Assembly: GCA_019057815.1 (NCBI GenBank)
Contig: JAHLWR010000008.1
Coordinates: 1-64,000, forward strand
Source: Candidatus Heimdallarchaeota archaeon
GTDB taxonomy: Archaea; Asgardarchaeota; Heimdallarchaeia; Heimdallarchaeales; Heimdallarchaeaceae
Direction of reading: 5' to 3'
Length of the DNA: 64,000 nt
Under the pieces are notes generated by a model. The model did not search any database, was not told the DNA's origin, and was given only the letters and a program-made list of their open reading frames with translations. A program made the position numbers and the translations under genes. Below are positions 19,383 to 30,960 of the stretch, piece by piece. Within the stretch, counting starts at the first letter, position 1. Each line of letters opens with the position of its first letter.

Positions 19383-22286
19383 ATGACAGCTATAGAATCT
19401 TCTTGTGATAATCTTACTGAAAGATTAGTTTCATTATCTCTTTCCGACCTTTTAGCAGAAATTATCGGGGAGCAGAATAGTGATCAAAATAAAATTCTTG
19501 CAACTGTAATTGATGATATTGACGAAGTAAAAAAAGAGATAATTGAAATTATACCAGTTGCACATCATTCTCTCGCTTCAGCTATTCACACTCGAAAAAG
19601 ATTATTGGAGAATAAACCAAAGATAATTTTTCTTGAAGCTCCAGAAGATTACGAACATCTAATCCCAAATCTGAAACATTGTATATTACCTGTAGCATTT
19701 CAAGGTATTTTGACAGAATCGAAAAATATAGACATAAAATTTCTCCCCATTATTTCCACTTCAGTGCTATCTGAAGCTTCTGCTGAGTTTCAGGCAATAA
19801 AATATGCATCTGAACACAAAGATACAGAAATTGTTTTTGTTGATGCAACATGCAATCATAGAACAAAATGGTATAGTGAATTGATACCAAAAGAACAAGA
19901 TCTTCTAAGAATCAAAGAAATTAGTTCTCATACAGTTGACTTGAAGATAGGGGAACTCTACCCTTCAAGCGAAGAATTTCTAAATTCCTTACTAGAGAAA
20001 TCAGGCATGAATCACTTCTCAGAATGGTGGCTTGAGATAGTAGAAAACACATTATTAGATTTATCTTTTGAGAATTATCAACAGATTATGATCTTAATTG
20101 GAAGTGTATTTCGAAGACTTGGAAACAGGCAAGAAGTCGAAATATTGACAGCTAAACGAGACGAATACATGTGGAATAAGATTCGAGAAACACTATTAAG
20201 AACAAAAATTAACCCTTCGGAAGCAGTATTTATTTGCGGGGCTTCACATGCAATAAAAATAATCGATGGATGGGGAACTAAAGGTAAAAAGAGTAAAAAT
20301 AAGTCTTTTGCTAATTCTAAATGGAAATACGGTATAAATCAATCTGATTTTTTGTCAATTGATAAACAATTCAATCATCTTCCTGGTATTACTGGTGAAG
20401 TAGACGCTCGCTGGGAAGCAATAAAGAAAGAGATGTACAAGGAAAAACCTGGTGATTACAACCAGCTATTACGAAAGTATGACATTGTTCAACATAACCA
20501 ACTAATCAGATGGGCGATGAACATAGTAAAAAAAGCGAGGAGCAAGGGATACTTAACTAGTCCGGCAGATAGCATTGCGATTGTTAAAATAACATATCTT
20601 TTGAAAGAAATTCGAGGAAGAGCTAATATCTCTAAATATGATCTTATTGAAGCAGCAGTTACATGTCTAGAAAAAGATGATCCACATTTACCAAAGATAG
20701 AAGATTTAGTTGAAAATATAATTATTCTAAATAAACAAGGACGAGTAGGTTATCACGCTCTTCCCCCTTTAGCACAAGATGTTTTGAATCGTTTGTCAGG
20801 TCTAAAAGTTCCTAGAGATTATAAGAGAGTAAAAAGAGTCTTATTCAACCTCGCTCAACAACCAGAATATAGAGAAATATCCAATCTTTTGTGGTTATTA
20901 AAAGCTCTAAATGTAAGAGTTGTATCTATTGTAGGTCAGAAAAAGTTGGGTTATCACGAAAACCAAGAGTCGTGGGATATTTACATTTACAAAGAGCAAA
21001 ATACCTTGCTTTCTTTAGCTCACGAAGGAATTACTGTTGAGGAAGTATTCAGAAAAAGAGTTCTCAAAAAGGTAGACGAAAAAAGTACAATAATTGATAT
21101 TTTAACATGCATTAGAGATGTTCTAACATATCTTCCTAGTGATGATATTAGCCTAATGTATCTTTCCGAATCACTTATTGGTCGCACTCGTGATTTACGT
21201 TTTGAAAATCCTTTAGACGTATACAATCTAACTTCAGAATTACTAAACTACTTTAGAACGCTAAAAACAGGAATTCCTCATTGGTTTAAAGAATTCATTG
21301 TTTCTGCTTACCGTTCTTACTGTCAAGAACTAACTTCTGCTATAGATGACAATTCCTTTTCAACAGAAAATATTGCCACAATGTTTAGTTTTATTTTCAA
21401 GGTAGAATCTGTGGCTCTATCACAAGGAGCAACAAGAGAAGAACTTGAAATATCATTTAAAATGATAAATAATCTGGATTTACCGATTGGGAAGAAAGCA
21501 GTAGTTTTAGCAGCTGAATCCTTACTTAATTCGGAAAAGGAGTTTGAACTCAAAAAAGTTGTCGCAACAACTTTCTGGAACCCTTACATGATTCAATCGT
21601 TGTCAGATCTTCTAACAGGATTAATCTTTTCCACAAATTTCGCTCCTAACATTCTTTCTATAATTATCGAGTTGCTAGACCAATGTTTTAGACTTCTTAA
21701 AGAGGATTTATTGCATCAATGGATGCCCCAATTAATCAATACTTTTTCTGAGTTAAAAACCGAATATATTGCAAAAATAGCTAATGATTTGAAACGATAT
21801 TACAAAGGATTTGCAAATGAGATTTCAAAGATGAGTCTATGGTATGATGACGATTACTATACTCAGATGATTCAAACACGTGGTCAAACAGCCATTCAGA
21901 AAGTAGATGAAATAATAGCTGAAAAATTGGAAGAAGAAATTTCAACAAATTATATCTCCAAATTTATAACTAAATACAATCAAACCCTTCAACAATTTTC
22001 GAAATTTCTAGATTTACCAATTGATGTACCATCTGTCTCTTCAGCTGAGTACTCGAATTCTATTGATACCCTATTACGAAATCACCCTAAAGTGATAGAA
22101 CAAATAAAAGAAATGATGAATATTGACACTAGTTTCGTAGAAAGAAGTGAAGCTAAAACTATCAATAAGCAAACTAAATCTAATAGTTGTCCCACAACTG
22201 ACGAAGGAAAGGAAAATCCAATCATTTCGATTATTAAAAAATATGATGAAACGCAAAAAGAAGTAATAAAATTAGGAGGATTGTAA
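19383..22286 (+). CDS. DUF5682/YehM-like protein
   Basis: PVAHHS, FLEAPED, SAEFQA, RDEYM, ICGASH motifs; position in a MoxR-VWA operon. Confidence 0.75.
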   Translation: MTAIESSCDNLTERLVSLSLSDLLAEIIGEQNSDQNKILATVIDDIDEVKKEIIEIIPVAHHSLASAIHTRKRLLENKPKIIFLEAPEDYEHLIPNLKHCILPVAFQGILTESKNIDIKFLPIISTSVLSEASAEFQAIKYASEHKDTEIVFVDATCNHRTKWYSELIPKEQDLLRIKEISSHTVDLKIGELYPSSEEFLNSLLEKSGMNHFSEWWLEIVENTLLDLSFENYQQIMILIGSVFRRLGNRQEVEILTAKRDEYMWNKIRETLLRTKINPSEAVFICGASHAIKIIDGWGTKGKKSKNKSFANSKWKYGINQSDFLSIDKQFNHLPGITGEVDARWEAIKKEMYKEKPGDYNQLLRKYDIVQHNQLIRWAMNIVKKARSKGYLTSPADSIAIVKITYLLKEIRGRANISKYDLIEAAVTCLEKDDPHLPKIEDLVENIIILNKQGRVGYHALPPLAQDVLNRLSGLKVPRDYKRVKRVLFNLAQQPEYREISNLLWLLKALNVRVVSIVGQKKLGYHENQESWDIYIYKEQNTLLSLAHEGITVEEVFRKRVLKKVDEKSTIIDILTCIRDVLTYLPSDDISLMYLSESLIGRTRDLRFENPLDVYNLTSELLNYFRTLKTGIPHWFKEFIVSAYRSYCQELTSAIDDNSFSTENIATMFSFIFKVESVALSQGATREELEISFKMINNLDLPIGKKAVVLAAESLLNSEKEFELKKVVATTFWNPYMIQSLSDLLTGLIFSTNFAPNILSIIIELLDQCFRLLKEDLLHQWMPQLINTFSELKTEYIAKIANDLKRYYKGFANEISKMSLWYDDDYYTQMIQTRGQTAIQKVDEIIAEKLEEEISTNYISKFITKYNQTLQQFSKFLDLPIDVPSVSSAEYSNSIDTLLRNHPKVIEQIKEMMNIDTSFVERSEAKTINKQTKSNSCPTTDEGKENPIISIIKKYDETQKEVIKLGGL

Positions 22287-22287
22287 A

Positions 22288-22734
22288 ATGATAAATATTA
22301 ATAAAAATGAGAGTTTAGGTATTAAAAATCAACCTTTTGTAAGAAAAAGGAACATAAAAAAGATCCCTTTTATTGAATTTCACAAAAATAAACTTCAAGG
22401 AGTCGTATCCAGTGGAAGTAGCATAGAAAGAGTCTATGTCTGTGTCATTAATTTTGAAGACAAAACTTACACATGTCACACAAATAACAATCGTCCATGT
22501 GGAGGATTAAGAGGAAAAATGTGTAGCCATCTATCAAAACTATTAATGACTGCTAGAAGTGAAGAAAAACTATCAAAAAAAGTGGACATCAGTTCAACTT
22601 ATTCTTTTGTCCCCAATGGCAGTGCAAGATATTCTGAAGTTTTTTCCAGATTTCAAACGAAATTAAAATTTCTAGAAATTCCTGATCCTAAGGATATTCA
22701 TATCCCTGAAATAAGATGGTTTTTATCGAAGTAG
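22288..22734 (+). CDS. SWIM-like zinc finger protein
   Basis: QGVVSSGS...YVC...CHTNNNRPCGGLRGKMCSHL. Confidence 0.75.
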   Translation: MININKNESLGIKNQPFVRKRNIKKIPFIEFHKNKLQGVVSSGSSIERVYVCVINFEDKTYTCHTNNNRPCGGLRGKMCSHLSKLLMTARSEEKLSKKVDISSTYSFVPNGSARYSEVFSRFQTKLKFLEIPDPKDIHIPEIRWFLSK

Positions 22735-22745
22735 GAGGTTATAGT

Positions 22746-24089
22746 ATGGAAAACAAAGAAATGAACTATTATAAATTATCAGAAGAGTTAGATGAAATTT
22801 CAAAAATTATCAATAATATGAGTGATCTCTTTTTCTCTGGATTTAGTAAACTAATTAATAAAGACAAAGAGATTTTAGACAAAGTAATTGAAGGATTTAG
22901 CCAGAGTCCGATTAGAGAAGTTGTACAAAAAGGTTTACAAAACTTGAAGAAATCTGTTTTTAATGAAGACGATTTTACAGCTTTAACTATTGCAGTACTT
23001 ACACTTCAAGGTTCATTCCATGATGCTCTGTATGATAATGTAGAAAATCTGATTGGAATAAAAGTAAATGAATTAATCGATTCTGAAAATAAAATTGATT
23101 TCAATGATTATGAAAAAGATACTGTTGTTATACTATCAAATATCAGAAATTGGTTGATTAGCATCGCTATTGGAGGATTTAACGATTTAACATCTGATTC
23201 CTTAGAATCATTTGAACAAGTGCTCGATACTATAGAAACCATCCCTGACTTGAACAGATTAAGTGTTTTACTTAGAGGAATGACAAGCGAATTTCTAGAT
23301 GTTCTATCAACAGATGTAGATGATAAGTCTAAACTACAACTTCGATGGATGGATTTGTGGGTAAGAGCTTATGTTTTGACTTTAAAGAAAAGGGTATCAA
23401 TAAATTCTAGACCTATTTCTGGGAAATTAAAACTTATATCGATACAGAATCACATCCATAGACATTTTATGACTATTATTTTCAACGGTATTCTCGAAAA
23501 CAAAAAGGAAAAAATCTATGTTGAGGTAGAACTATCCAAATATCTAGCAGACTTAGTTCCAATCCAAGAATTCTGGACATTGTTTAACCAAGATTACCAA
23601 GATTTCTTTGATGCTCTAAATAAATCAATAGTTATTGATATAATAAAAGGGGAGCTAAGAGATAACAGTATATTAAATATCGAAGAGTATAAACTTTCAG
23701 GGGACACCTTTAATCTGCTAGAATACTTGAAATCAGCTTTTAAGAATAATTCACTAAAAAGCATGAAAATTCAACCCATAGATCGACATACAGTACACTT
23801 CAAAATTCCTATTCTAGTAGATAGGAAAAATGTTAAGGAAAAGATTCTGGAAATTGGTGAACACAAAATACCTCTGAAATATTACAATCAACTTAGCATT
23901 AAGAAACAACAAATACAATTAGAAGATAAAATATTTGGTGAAATTCGCTTTGATAATGGATGGTATTGTAAACCTTTAACAGTTTTAGGACCTCAAGTTG
24001 TATATTGTTCAAGCATTAAAAGTGATGGAAAAGAATCGTTAGTCTACCCAGTTTTAAAAGAAAGGAGTAGCAAAATTCTGAGAAGATAA
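22746..24089 (+). CDS. Hypothetical protein of the MoxR-VWA operon
   Basis: GGAGG SD before ATG 22746; tightly coupled between the SWIM and VWA genes; RWMDLW motif. Confidence 0.7.
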   Translation: MENKEMNYYKLSEELDEISKIINNMSDLFFSGFSKLINKDKEILDKVIEGFSQSPIREVVQKGLQNLKKSVFNEDDFTALTIAVLTLQGSFHDALYDNVENLIGIKVNELIDSENKIDFNDYEKDTVVILSNIRNWLISIAIGGFNDLTSDSLESFEQVLDTIETIPDLNRLSVLLRGMTSEFLDVLSTDVDDKSKLQLRWMDLWVRAYVLTLKKRVSINSRPISGKLKLISIQNHIHRHFMTIIFNGILENKKEKIYVEVELSKYLADLVPIQEFWTLFNQDYQDFFDALNKSIVIDIIKGELRDNSILNIEEYKLSGDTFNLLEYLKSAFKNNSLKSMKIQPIDRHTVHFKIPILVDRKNVKEKILEIGEHKIPLKYYNQLSIKKQQIQLEDKIFGEIRFDNGWYCKPLTVLGPQVVYCSSIKSDGKESLVYPVLKERSSKILRR

Positions 24090-24091
24090 AA

Positions 24092-25570
24092 ATGGCACAA
24101 GAGATAATTAATCCCAATTTGAAAGCCTTAAGCTATTGGCACCTATTGTTAAGTTCATCGCAGAATAATTCCCCTCTTAATAATGCGATGAAAGACCTCA
24201 CCTCTGCAAATGGTTTACCTGAGGGATTAATGGATTCAAGACAGACTCTAAATAACTTGAAGAAGAAATTCCAAGATAAATTCCAAAAACCAGAGCTGGA
24301 TAAAGACAAAACCTCGAAAGATAAAGCAACAGAACCAGATGTTGGACGAATCTCTTCTATAATGATGAGAAGAATGCTATTACGGTTAAAACTTATACAG
24401 GATTTATTTTCACCTAATCTTAAAAATGATATCAAAGCAATAGAATTCAATGAATGGAAAAAGACAGTGAAAAATTGGGAGAATGAGATGGAACAGTTTA
24501 CAGATCCTCTCATAGACATACCTTGGGATTCATCTGAAGAATTACCTGATGTAAAAGAACAGGAAATAGATGATGATGAAACAATACAAAAAGAAGAAGA
24601 AGTTTTAGATGCTGAAACACCTGAAAAGTATGGTAAGCAACGAGGTAAACTTCCGGGGCAAGGATTTCGAATTGATAAGGAAGAGATGGAAAATGTCTTT
24701 CAATCGCTTGAAACTAAAATCATTAAAAAAATGAATATCAGAGAATTGCTCAAAGATGAAGAATTATATCAAAAGATTCAACCATCGATGAGCATAGTAG
24801 AAGAACTTCTATTCCAAAAAGACCGCTTAAGTGGAATTGAACTAAAAAACGCTAAATCTCTAATAAGAAGATATGTGAACAAATTAGCTGAAACACTTCT
24901 TAGTCGAGTAAACAAATCAATAAGGAAAATCCCTAACCCTGATATCGTACCTAAGAAAGTTTTCCGAAATCTAGATGTTAAAAGAACAATTTGGAAAAAT
25001 CTGCCCAATTGGAATGGTGATGATAAGAAACTATATGTTGACCAGGTTTTCTTCCATAGAGCTGGAAAAAAGACTCTACCTTCAAAAATTATTGTGGTTG
25101 TAGATCAAAGTGGCTCTATGGTCGAAGCAATGGTACAAACGACGATTTTAGCTTCCATTTTTGCGGGATTGCCAAATGTTGATGTAGAATTATTTGCTTT
25201 TGATACTAGAGTGATAAACCTAACAAGATATGTAAGAGACCCTCTTGAAGTCCTAATGAACACCAAATTAGGAGGAGGAACATATATTAATCAAGCTGTA
25301 GAGAAAGCAAAACAAAGCATCACAGACCCTAAGAATACTGCAATGGTTTTGATAACAGATTATTATGAAGGAGGAAGTGATCAAGTTTTATTCGAAAATA
25401 TCATTTCAATCAAAGAAGATGGAGTAACATTTATTTCAGTAGCTTCAATGAATAAAAGGGGTCATGTCTATGTTAACAACAGCTTTGTTAGTAGGCTGAA
25501 AAAGGAAGGTATACCAACAATTATGGGAAATTTAGATGATTTAATCAGTCACCTAAGAAAATTTCTCTAG
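24092..25570 (+). CDS. VWA domain protein (YehP/CoxE-like)
   Basis: MIDAS motif VVVDQSGSM, GGGT, ITDYYEGG. Confidence 0.9.
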   Translation: MAQEIINPNLKALSYWHLLLSSSQNNSPLNNAMKDLTSANGLPEGLMDSRQTLNNLKKKFQDKFQKPELDKDKTSKDKATEPDVGRISSIMMRRMLLRLKLIQDLFSPNLKNDIKAIEFNEWKKTVKNWENEMEQFTDPLIDIPWDSSEELPDVKEQEIDDDETIQKEEEVLDAETPEKYGKQRGKLPGQGFRIDKEEMENVFQSLETKIIKKMNIRELLKDEELYQKIQPSMSIVEELLFQKDRLSGIELKNAKSLIRRYVNKLAETLLSRVNKSIRKIPNPDIVPKKVFRNLDVKRTIWKNLPNWNGDDKKLYVDQVFFHRAGKKTLPSKIIVVVDQSGSMVEAMVQTTILASIFAGLPNVDVELFAFDTRVINLTRYVRDPLEVLMNTKLGGGTYINQAVEKAKQSITDPKNTAMVLITDYYEGGSDQVLFENIISIKEDGVTFISVASMNKRGHVYVNNSFVSRLKKEGIPTIMGNLDDLISHLRKFL

Positions 25571-25813
25571 CTCTTATTAATGTTATACAACAATTAAATA
25601 ATTTATGAATTCTTTCTGTCACCCTGCTGCCTTAAGGAGAAAAAACAGTCAGATAAGGAGATTGCAGCGATTAGAAGAAGGAAGATGGGGGTTTTATATA
25701 TTCAACTCTCCCTTGTCTTATGAGACTAGGGAAAGAAACTCATCAGTTATCTCAATCATAATTCATTTCTATTTAGCTTGATTTAAATATTATAAACGTA
25801 CATTTTATTAGAT

Positions 25814-26995
25814 ATGTCTTCTCACATAGATGAATCTATTCCTGCTGAAAAATTGCTAGAAATGGAGAATAATAAAGTAGTATATGAAAAGACTAGAAAG
25901 ACACCTATTAAGGATAAAGGGATAAGTATACACAAACCTAAATATCCAACTTATTTTTACATAGAGTCCTCAGGTATTCTATGGTTAGCATACTTATTTA
26001 TCCCTATGTTTGTTCCTAGTTCCAGTTTCTATGAGTTCTATTACTTCCTATTTATTGTATACATACCCTTCCCCCTTATTACTACATTTCTTTACTTGTT
26101 TGTGCTTCCAATTGAAGATAGACCATTGGCATTGATTTATAGATTTGTCATATTCTCAATTTCCTTTACTTTGTGCCTTTTAGGTGGAACTAGAACACTT
26201 CCTCCAAACGAATTTGTTGATGATATGTACCAAATAAATTTCTTGATTACTCTTTCAATTCTGGGAAATTTTATGATTCTTAAAACATATTTAATGATTA
26301 CAAAAATAGATTTCAAGAAGGAAATATTGAAAGAAAGAATAACTGGATCTTATTCAGAGCACCAATGGAGAAAATATGATAAAAAATCGTATATCATTGC
26401 ATTGATAGCAGGATTTTTTGTTATGCAATTTTTCTGGCTTTTATATCATTTTCTAGTTAGAAATAAACAGATTGATAGATCTAAAAAGCGTTATATTTTA
26501 GAAAAATTAGAATTTGATAAGGAAATCAACATTACAACAATATCACTAGAACTAGGTATCTCTTTAGAAGAATTAACATTCATTCTTAAACAACTTAGAT
26601 CAAAAAGAGAGATACAAGTAGATTTCACTCGATATGGTGTAATTCTAAAAGAAATCACCTCATCTAAATGGTTAACACCAATAATTCGAGAAAAATTCGC
26701 TACTCATCTGAAAGTAATTAGACTCTCAGATATTGAACTTAAAGCTAAGCAATTCATTGAATTGACAGAGAGAAGAAAAATATCTGAAAAGGATTTTAGA
26801 AAGATAATGGGAATAAGGAAAGAATGTCAGATTAATGATTTGGTGATAATGTTGCCTTTTAAAGTTATGAAATTCAAGAAGCCATTATTCTCAAAAACAG
26901 AAAGGATTTTCTTGAATCAAAATCAAGCACTACTAAAAAATGATAGAATAATTAAAGCTTTTAAAGAGTACAGTACTGAAATCTTTGATATCTAA
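25814..26995 (+). CDS. Membrane protein with C-terminal soluble (wHTH-like) domain
   Basis: About 5 TM helices then a Lys-rich domain with ITTISLELGISLEEL. Confidence 0.65.
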   Translation: MSSHIDESIPAEKLLEMENNKVVYEKTRKTPIKDKGISIHKPKYPTYFYIESSGILWLAYLFIPMFVPSSSFYEFYYFLFIVYIPFPLITTFLYLFVLPIEDRPLALIYRFVIFSISFTLCLLGGTRTLPPNEFVDDMYQINFLITLSILGNFMILKTYLMITKIDFKKEILKERITGSYSEHQWRKYDKKSYIIALIAGFFVMQFFWLLYHFLVRNKQIDRSKKRYILEKLEFDKEINITTISLELGISLEELTFILKQLRSKREIQVDFTRYGVILKEITSSKWLTPIIREKFATHLKVIRLSDIELKAKQFIELTERRKISEKDFRKIMGIRKECQINDLVIMLPFKVMKFKKPLFSKTERIFLNQNQALLKNDRIIKAFKEYSTEIFDI

Positions 26996-27260
26996 CATCT
27001 TTTTAAAGATCAAATAATAATCTTTCTGAAAATCATTGCTTTGTTTTATCATATTAGAATCCAAAGAAGGAAAATGAGAAACCAAGCCTCTAGGCTTTAT
27101 TTTTTCCAACTTTATTATATAGTTTTCATCTTATCTTCTCTCAAATATTCATATAAAATACTTAAATGCTACTTAACGTAAGTTCGAGAAAAATCGAGGT
27201 TATAAAAATAACTTTTTTCGAAAATAATCCTTATTATAATCGATTTTAGATGTTTTAACT

Positions 27261-29378
27261 ATGTTGCGTATGAATAAAAATTATATAATAGGCTTAATTG
27301 TTTTTATGATGATAGCTACATCTGCAATACCAATGAATGCTATAGCTGATATGTCGAGTACAGAATCTATTTCTGATCTTAATTATACTCATGGCATTAC
27401 TACATATAATAACGAAGGTATTGTTGATTACTCTAAAATCATAGATATTGATGAAGAATATAAGAAGACTGTCATGTTCACAGGTGAATTTCCATTAATC
27501 ACTGACTACAACCATATTGATACACTTTTTCAAGTAATTAGCTACAAATACTTCCCATATAGTAACGGTACAGAAATAGTAAGAAAATTCCTTTTTAGAA
27601 ATGATACAGTGTACAACTATCTGGAAAATGAACTATGGCCATACATTCAATCGCTTCCTGATCCTAAAGTAAACATAACGACAGATGAAGTCCATAAAGT
27701 ATATCTTTTGTCTACTGCTAGAAAGTATTTGGGTTCGACTCATCTCAATTCAACAACTATTGAATTTATGGACAAATGGTTAATATTACCCTACTATCAT
27801 GCAATCTCAATTATTCCTTTAGCACTACTTATCGACATTCAAACGACTGATTATGAGGTTACAATTAATCAGACGTTTTACTCTAGACAGATTTTAAAGG
27901 GAGCATTGTCGTATTATCTGGATTATAGCGCTTCCATGACAGGTTATCATGTCAAGATAACTGATGGTAAGAATATCGGTGTTAACTATTATGGTTGTAT
28001 AAGTTCAACTATGAGTTATACTGAGAATTACTGGACAAATTTGGCTTTCTACAGACTCTTTGTGCATAATGTTACTATTACAAGTACTGATACATCTATT
28101 ACTGATGATTATGGTAATGTCTTGTATAAACACTTCCCGAGGTTTCTGTTACCTTCATATTACGAGGATTCAGGACTACAAGTTGTTAGTTGGAATACTA
28201 CAGGGACATATAATGGTAGGTCTACAACGCAAGCTGCTGTTCAAGCATTTGTTAGTCGCTCAATAAATGATACTGTAGACAATTTTGCTGTTTGGGGTGC
28301 GATTAATCCTTCAAGAATGATTGCGTACTATGATGGAAACGATAACTCACAACTCGATGTTATCTTCAATGAAAACGGAAAAATCCGACATGATCCTGAA
28401 TTAGACTGGGTGAAATATGTTGGTTTCCCACAAGCCTTTGAACACACGAAGGATATAGATTATGCTGTTTATCAAAACTATACTAGACATGTTTTTGCAC
28501 CTGCAGCAGGAATAGATAATGAATGGAACCTTGAAGGCTTTATTGCAGGAGAGAAATCTGTTGTAAGGTCTGTTGGAGATATTTCTGCTGATATTGACGT
28601 AGAAACAAGATGGGATGAACCCGTAGAGAATGATGATGGTTCAATAACGTTCTCTTGGGGAATGGACTACAATGAATATCCTGTAATATGGTATAATACA
28701 ACAGATAGCAAAACGCTAGAAGAGAAGATGGATCTAAGCTATGATTATGTCTACACAGTTAACTTAGAACAAGGAGAAGCAAGACTATCAACTACAAGCA
28801 CTTTTGGAGATGTCACTGGTACAGCGTTAGCAAATGATGTTGAAGATTTATCACTGGCTTCATATCAAATCTCTGAGCTATTTACAGTAGAAAAAATAGT
28901 AGGAAAAACACCAAATGGTACGATCAGCTCTTCAGTACTTGATGGAACAGCAACGATAGAGATAGCTTACTCTGATGACATTAAACTAGTAGAGATAGGT
29001 CTTGGAGCAAACAAAAAGACTTACCAACTTGGTGGAAATACTTATGATACAACAACTTCAGTAATCAACTTGTTTGAAATTATTGGACAAGCTACAATTG
29101 CTGGAACAGACGAAGTAGATGAATTTAGCTCAGAAGACGATAATCTTATGACAGCATTAGTCAGCGGACAAGAACAAACTACCACATACAATTGGCTTCA
29201 TAGAAGAGATGTCATAATAATTGACTACCCAGTTTGGGGTGGAGAAGAAATCGTCCATGATCCTGATTTTATAACATATTTCGAAGGTTATGAACCCTCT
29301 GGAGCCCCCTGGTCTCTATTTGTAGTGCTAATAGCTCCAATAGCTATAGTTCTTGCAAGACGAAAGTTGAAACAATAA
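27261..29378 (+). CDS. Secreted cell-surface protein with C-terminal TM anchor
   Basis: Signal peptide, many N-x-S/T sequons, IVHDP motif, terminal TM helix + RRKLK. Confidence 0.8.
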   Translation: MLRMNKNYIIGLIVFMMIATSAIPMNAIADMSSTESISDLNYTHGITTYNNEGIVDYSKIIDIDEEYKKTVMFTGEFPLITDYNHIDTLFQVISYKYFPYSNGTEIVRKFLFRNDTVYNYLENELWPYIQSLPDPKVNITTDEVHKVYLLSTARKYLGSTHLNSTTIEFMDKWLILPYYHAISIIPLALLIDIQTTDYEVTINQTFYSRQILKGALSYYLDYSASMTGYHVKITDGKNIGVNYYGCISSTMSYTENYWTNLAFYRLFVHNVTITSTDTSITDDYGNVLYKHFPRFLLPSYYEDSGLQVVSWNTTGTYNGRSTTQAAVQAFVSRSINDTVDNFAVWGAINPSRMIAYYDGNDNSQLDVIFNENGKIRHDPELDWVKYVGFPQAFEHTKDIDYAVYQNYTRHVFAPAAGIDNEWNLEGFIAGEKSVVRSVGDISADIDVETRWDEPVENDDGSITFSWGMDYNEYPVIWYNTTDSKTLEEKMDLSYDYVYTVNLEQGEARLSTTSTFGDVTGTALANDVEDLSLASYQISELFTVEKIVGKTPNGTISSSVLDGTATIEIAYSDDIKLVEIGLGANKKTYQLGGNTYDTTTSVINLFEIIGQATIAGTDEVDEFSSEDDNLMTALVSGQEQTTTYNWLHRRDVIIIDYPVWGGEEIVHDPDFITYFEGYEPSGAPWSLFVVLIAPIAIVLARRKLKQ

Positions 29379-29511
29379 TCTTTTCATTTCTTTTTCATTT
29401 TTTTTTGGAATTAATTTCAATTCAAGAGTGCAGGATTTTTATACTACTCTTTTTTAATTAAATTTCATTTGTTTTGCTTTGAGTAATGTCAAAAATCTAC
29501 CCTTTTTGTTT

Positions 29512-29549
29512 AATCTTACCACACGAATATTATTTTATGTGGTAAGATT
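29512..29549. terminator. Perfect 12-bp stem hairpin between convergent genes
   Basis: AATCTTACCACA / TGTGGTAAGATT followed by a T run. Confidence 0.5.
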
Positions 29550-29663
29550 TTTTTGGTTAAACTCGCGCCTTAACTGCACAAAAAACGGTATTAGAACATC
29601 CACAAATCTCATTTGAACAATAGTAATAAATGAAGGAAAATAGAGTTAAAAAAAGGTTCTCTA

Positions 29664-30779
29664 TTATTTTTCTATTTTTGAAAGGTATTCTCCTAGTTTC
29701 TCACGTGACATTTGTGCTGATATTCCTTCTTTATGTACTTCAAAACCTAGACGATCGTTAATCGAAAGCATCGGTGCATTTGTTGTCGCATTTCCTGTTG
29801 TTACAACTTTCACTTGTGGGAATTCTTCTCTCATTTTTAACAACATTGCTGCTTTGAGCCATTTTCCTAATCCTCGTCCCCTGTACTCTTCTTTAACTCC
29901 TGTAAGCAACTGCACTATCATTGTTTCTTTTTCAGGACTATAAACCATCTCTGTAAAACCTGATATATCACCATTTGATTCTATTGTCAAATATGTTAGG
30001 TGTTTCCTTCCTAGTTCAGCAATATTTTTTTCATTATACCGAATCATTTCTGGTGTGTAAACGATTTTTCCAACATCAAGTTCTCCCAAAGGTTGCTGAT
30101 TTAACGTTTCAGTATAAGTTTTGCAGTATTCCTCAATAATTTCTTGAGAAATAGTATAATATATTTCTATTTTTGTTTCTGGAGAACGTTCATATCCTTC
30201 CTTATGCCATTGTTCAGCCATATTCCAATCAATTTTTTCAACTTTTAGACGGTTTTCTAAACCAGACAAAGCTGTTTGAGCTCCAAGAGATTTAAGAAAA
30301 GCCTTTCCATCATCCTCATCTGTTGAAGATATAAGGACAGATTTATCTTGTTTTAGAGCATAATCATAGATTTTTTTCATGACCATTTTACCAATACCTT
30401 TACGACGATAATTAGCAAGAAGAGATAAATCAAATTGCATAAGGTGTTTATTTTCATTGTAGGAAGCTGAAGTATCGCGAAAGATAAGATGCATCATTCT
30501 TCCAATGATATTATTGTTTTTATTATCAACAATTACGAACAGGTTTACATTTGCTTCAGGATGTTTACTGAGCATATGTAAACTCTTCTCTACACTTTCA
30601 TCATCGGCTATAGGATCATCTGGATCAGTTTCTTTATGCTTAATTTTCCTGAAAACGTGAAATAATTGCCATTCATCCCTTGAGAATTTTTGAGGATCAA
30701 ATTCCTTTATACTTATATTATCCAAATCAATTTTTTCTGACACATACTTAACCTCAATATTAATAGCTTTTTTGCTCAT
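29664..30779 (-). CDS. Tandem GNAT acetyltransferase
   Basis: Two acetyl-CoA motifs, YRRKGIG and YRGRGLG; NAPMLSINDRLGF. Confidence 0.9.
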   Translation of the reverse strand: MSKKAINIEVKYVSEKIDLDNISIKEFDPQKFSRDEWQLFHVFRKIKHKETDPDDPIADDESVEKSLHMLSKHPEANVNLFVIVDNKNNNIIGRMMHLIFRDTSASYNENKHLMQFDLSLLANYRRKGIGKMVMKKIYDYALKQDKSVLISSTDEDDGKAFLKSLGAQTALSGLENRLKVEKIDWNMAEQWHKEGYERSPETKIEIYYTISQEIIEEYCKTYTETLNQQPLGELDVGKIVYTPEMIRYNEKNIAELGRKHLTYLTIESNGDISGFTEMVYSPEKETMIVQLLTGVKEEYRGRGLGKWLKAAMLLKMREEFPQVKVVTTGNATTNAPMLSINDRLGFEVHKEGISAQMSREKLGEYLSKIEK

Positions 30780-30960
30780 AGATAGTATTTCGAGTTTTGT
30801 AAAATGTTATTACTCAACCAGTATTTTAAATGTTGACAAACACTTACATTAATGTACTTTTTAGCTTGATTAACATTCATACGTGCTAAAGGACATTTTT
30901 CGTATATTATAGTGTTAAAAAAGGAGGAGAATCTATTTCTTCTCCTTCTATTCTGAAGAA

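Noticed and set aside
25612-25745. Purine-rich intergenic stretch with a TATA box and CCCTTGTCT/AGACTAGGG hairpin as another mini-element
   Set aside because: No convincing end repeats or duplicated core were found.
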